From: Takakia lepidozioides
Lineage: Eukaryota; Plantae; Bryophyta
DNA: 64,000 nucleotides
Direction: 5' to 3'
Assembly: GCA_030704615.1 (NCBI GenBank)
Contig: CM060734.1
Coordinates: 7,874,001-7,938,000, forward strand
Position numbers and translations under genes: made by a program. The notes below the pieces were generated by a model. That model did no database searches. It saw only the letters and a list, made by a program, of their open reading frames with translations, and was not told the DNA's origin. Below, one piece after another: positions 63,130 to 64,000 of this stretch (position 1 is its first letter; each line of letters opens with the position of its first letter).

Positions 63130-64000
63130 AAAATGAGTTGTTTCCCCAGTCGTGAAAGACAGGAATGCTTGTTGTGTCTATCAGCACCTGATTGTAACCC
63201 GAAAATCCATCCATGAAAGATTAGAGCTCCTCCCCTGCTACTTTTTCCACCAATGTATCTATGAATGACAAGGGAAAATGATCCTTGTGTGTTACCTTGT
63301 TAAGGGGGCGGAAGTCCACGCATACCCTTAATCCTCCATTCTTCTTTCGAACAATCACCATGGGAGATACCCATATCGATGTCTCCACAGGGAAGATGAA
63401 TGTTGCGGCCAGCAGTTTTTCGATCTCCGCCCTAATGAGTAGCGCTAAGTTGGGATTCACTCTTCTCTCTTGTCGTCGTCGTGGCGTAGCTCCCGGAATC
63501 AGGGGAATAGAGTGCATAGCCACATATAACGGCACACCCTTCAATTCGGTGTAGGACCATGCAAAGAATTCTCGAAATTCTTTGAACAACACTTGGTATT
63601 CCAATGCCCGCTCAGATGTCAAGTAGGATCCTGCCTTCACCATTTTTTGTGACTCTCCTCCAACCACCATGTCGACCAACTGTGTTGTTGGTTCCGAAGT
63701 GAAGGTCGTTCCCGGTTCAAATCGAGATCCGCTTGATCCCTGGTGCAAATAGGGAATGTAGGGGGCGGTATGTTTCATGACATCCCTCTCCAGGTCGGCC
63801 TCCTCTACAATTTTTATGTCAATGATCTCGCCGTTCTCCTCCTGAGGACTCTCCTGTTCTTGCAGACCAACCTGTTCGGTAGGACCAACCTGTTCGGTGG
63901 ATATGGAAAAGAGCTCGGTCAACAACTCGAACTCTGGAAAAGACTCGGTCGATACCGAGTGTACCATTACTTCCCTGCCTTGGTTTTCTCCGAACAACCA
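63130..64000 (-). mobile_element. Ty3/Gypsy pol fragment (RT N-terminal half) with premature stop
   Basis: 'FAWSYTELKG..HSIPL..WVSPMVIVRKKNGGLRVCVDFRPLNK..KDHFPL..*SFMDGFSGYNQ'. Confidence 0.93.

Overview
Repeat-rich eukaryotic DNA from a land plant, probably a non-seed plant (inferred from GT-AG introns, PLS-class PPR remnants and CACTA/LINE/SINE/Gypsy elements). The first ~22 kb holds three host genes: a multi-exon AAA+ ATPase resembling bacterial Afp15/Pvc15 (minus strand, runs off the left edge), a two-exon LRAT/NC-domain gene and an 11-exon CIA1/CIAO1 WD40 gene. The remaining ~42 kb is a nest of mobile DNA: LINE remnants (one with a 2A/StopGo-like GDIHPNPGP motif), a tRNA-derived SINE family (3 copies in the window, with TSDs), PPR debris, CACTA pieces (TnpD, TnpA-like, one CACTA terminus) and a Gypsy RT. 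The most unusual signal is the cargo in this nest. It includes an intron-containing bacterial-type (beta-class, N4-C/N6-A) DNA-methyltransferase-like gene ~3 kb inside a CACTA end, and a ParB-like + degenerate-MTase gene broken by an inversion. It also includes six tandem Pol II CTD-like heptads (YTPASPE) and four FCP1/SCP-like CTD-phosphatase-family domains, one next to CACTA transposase domains. Together these suggest a transposon-borne chromatin/transcription-manipulating toolkit (inference). All domain calls are by-eye motif recognition; no searches were run.
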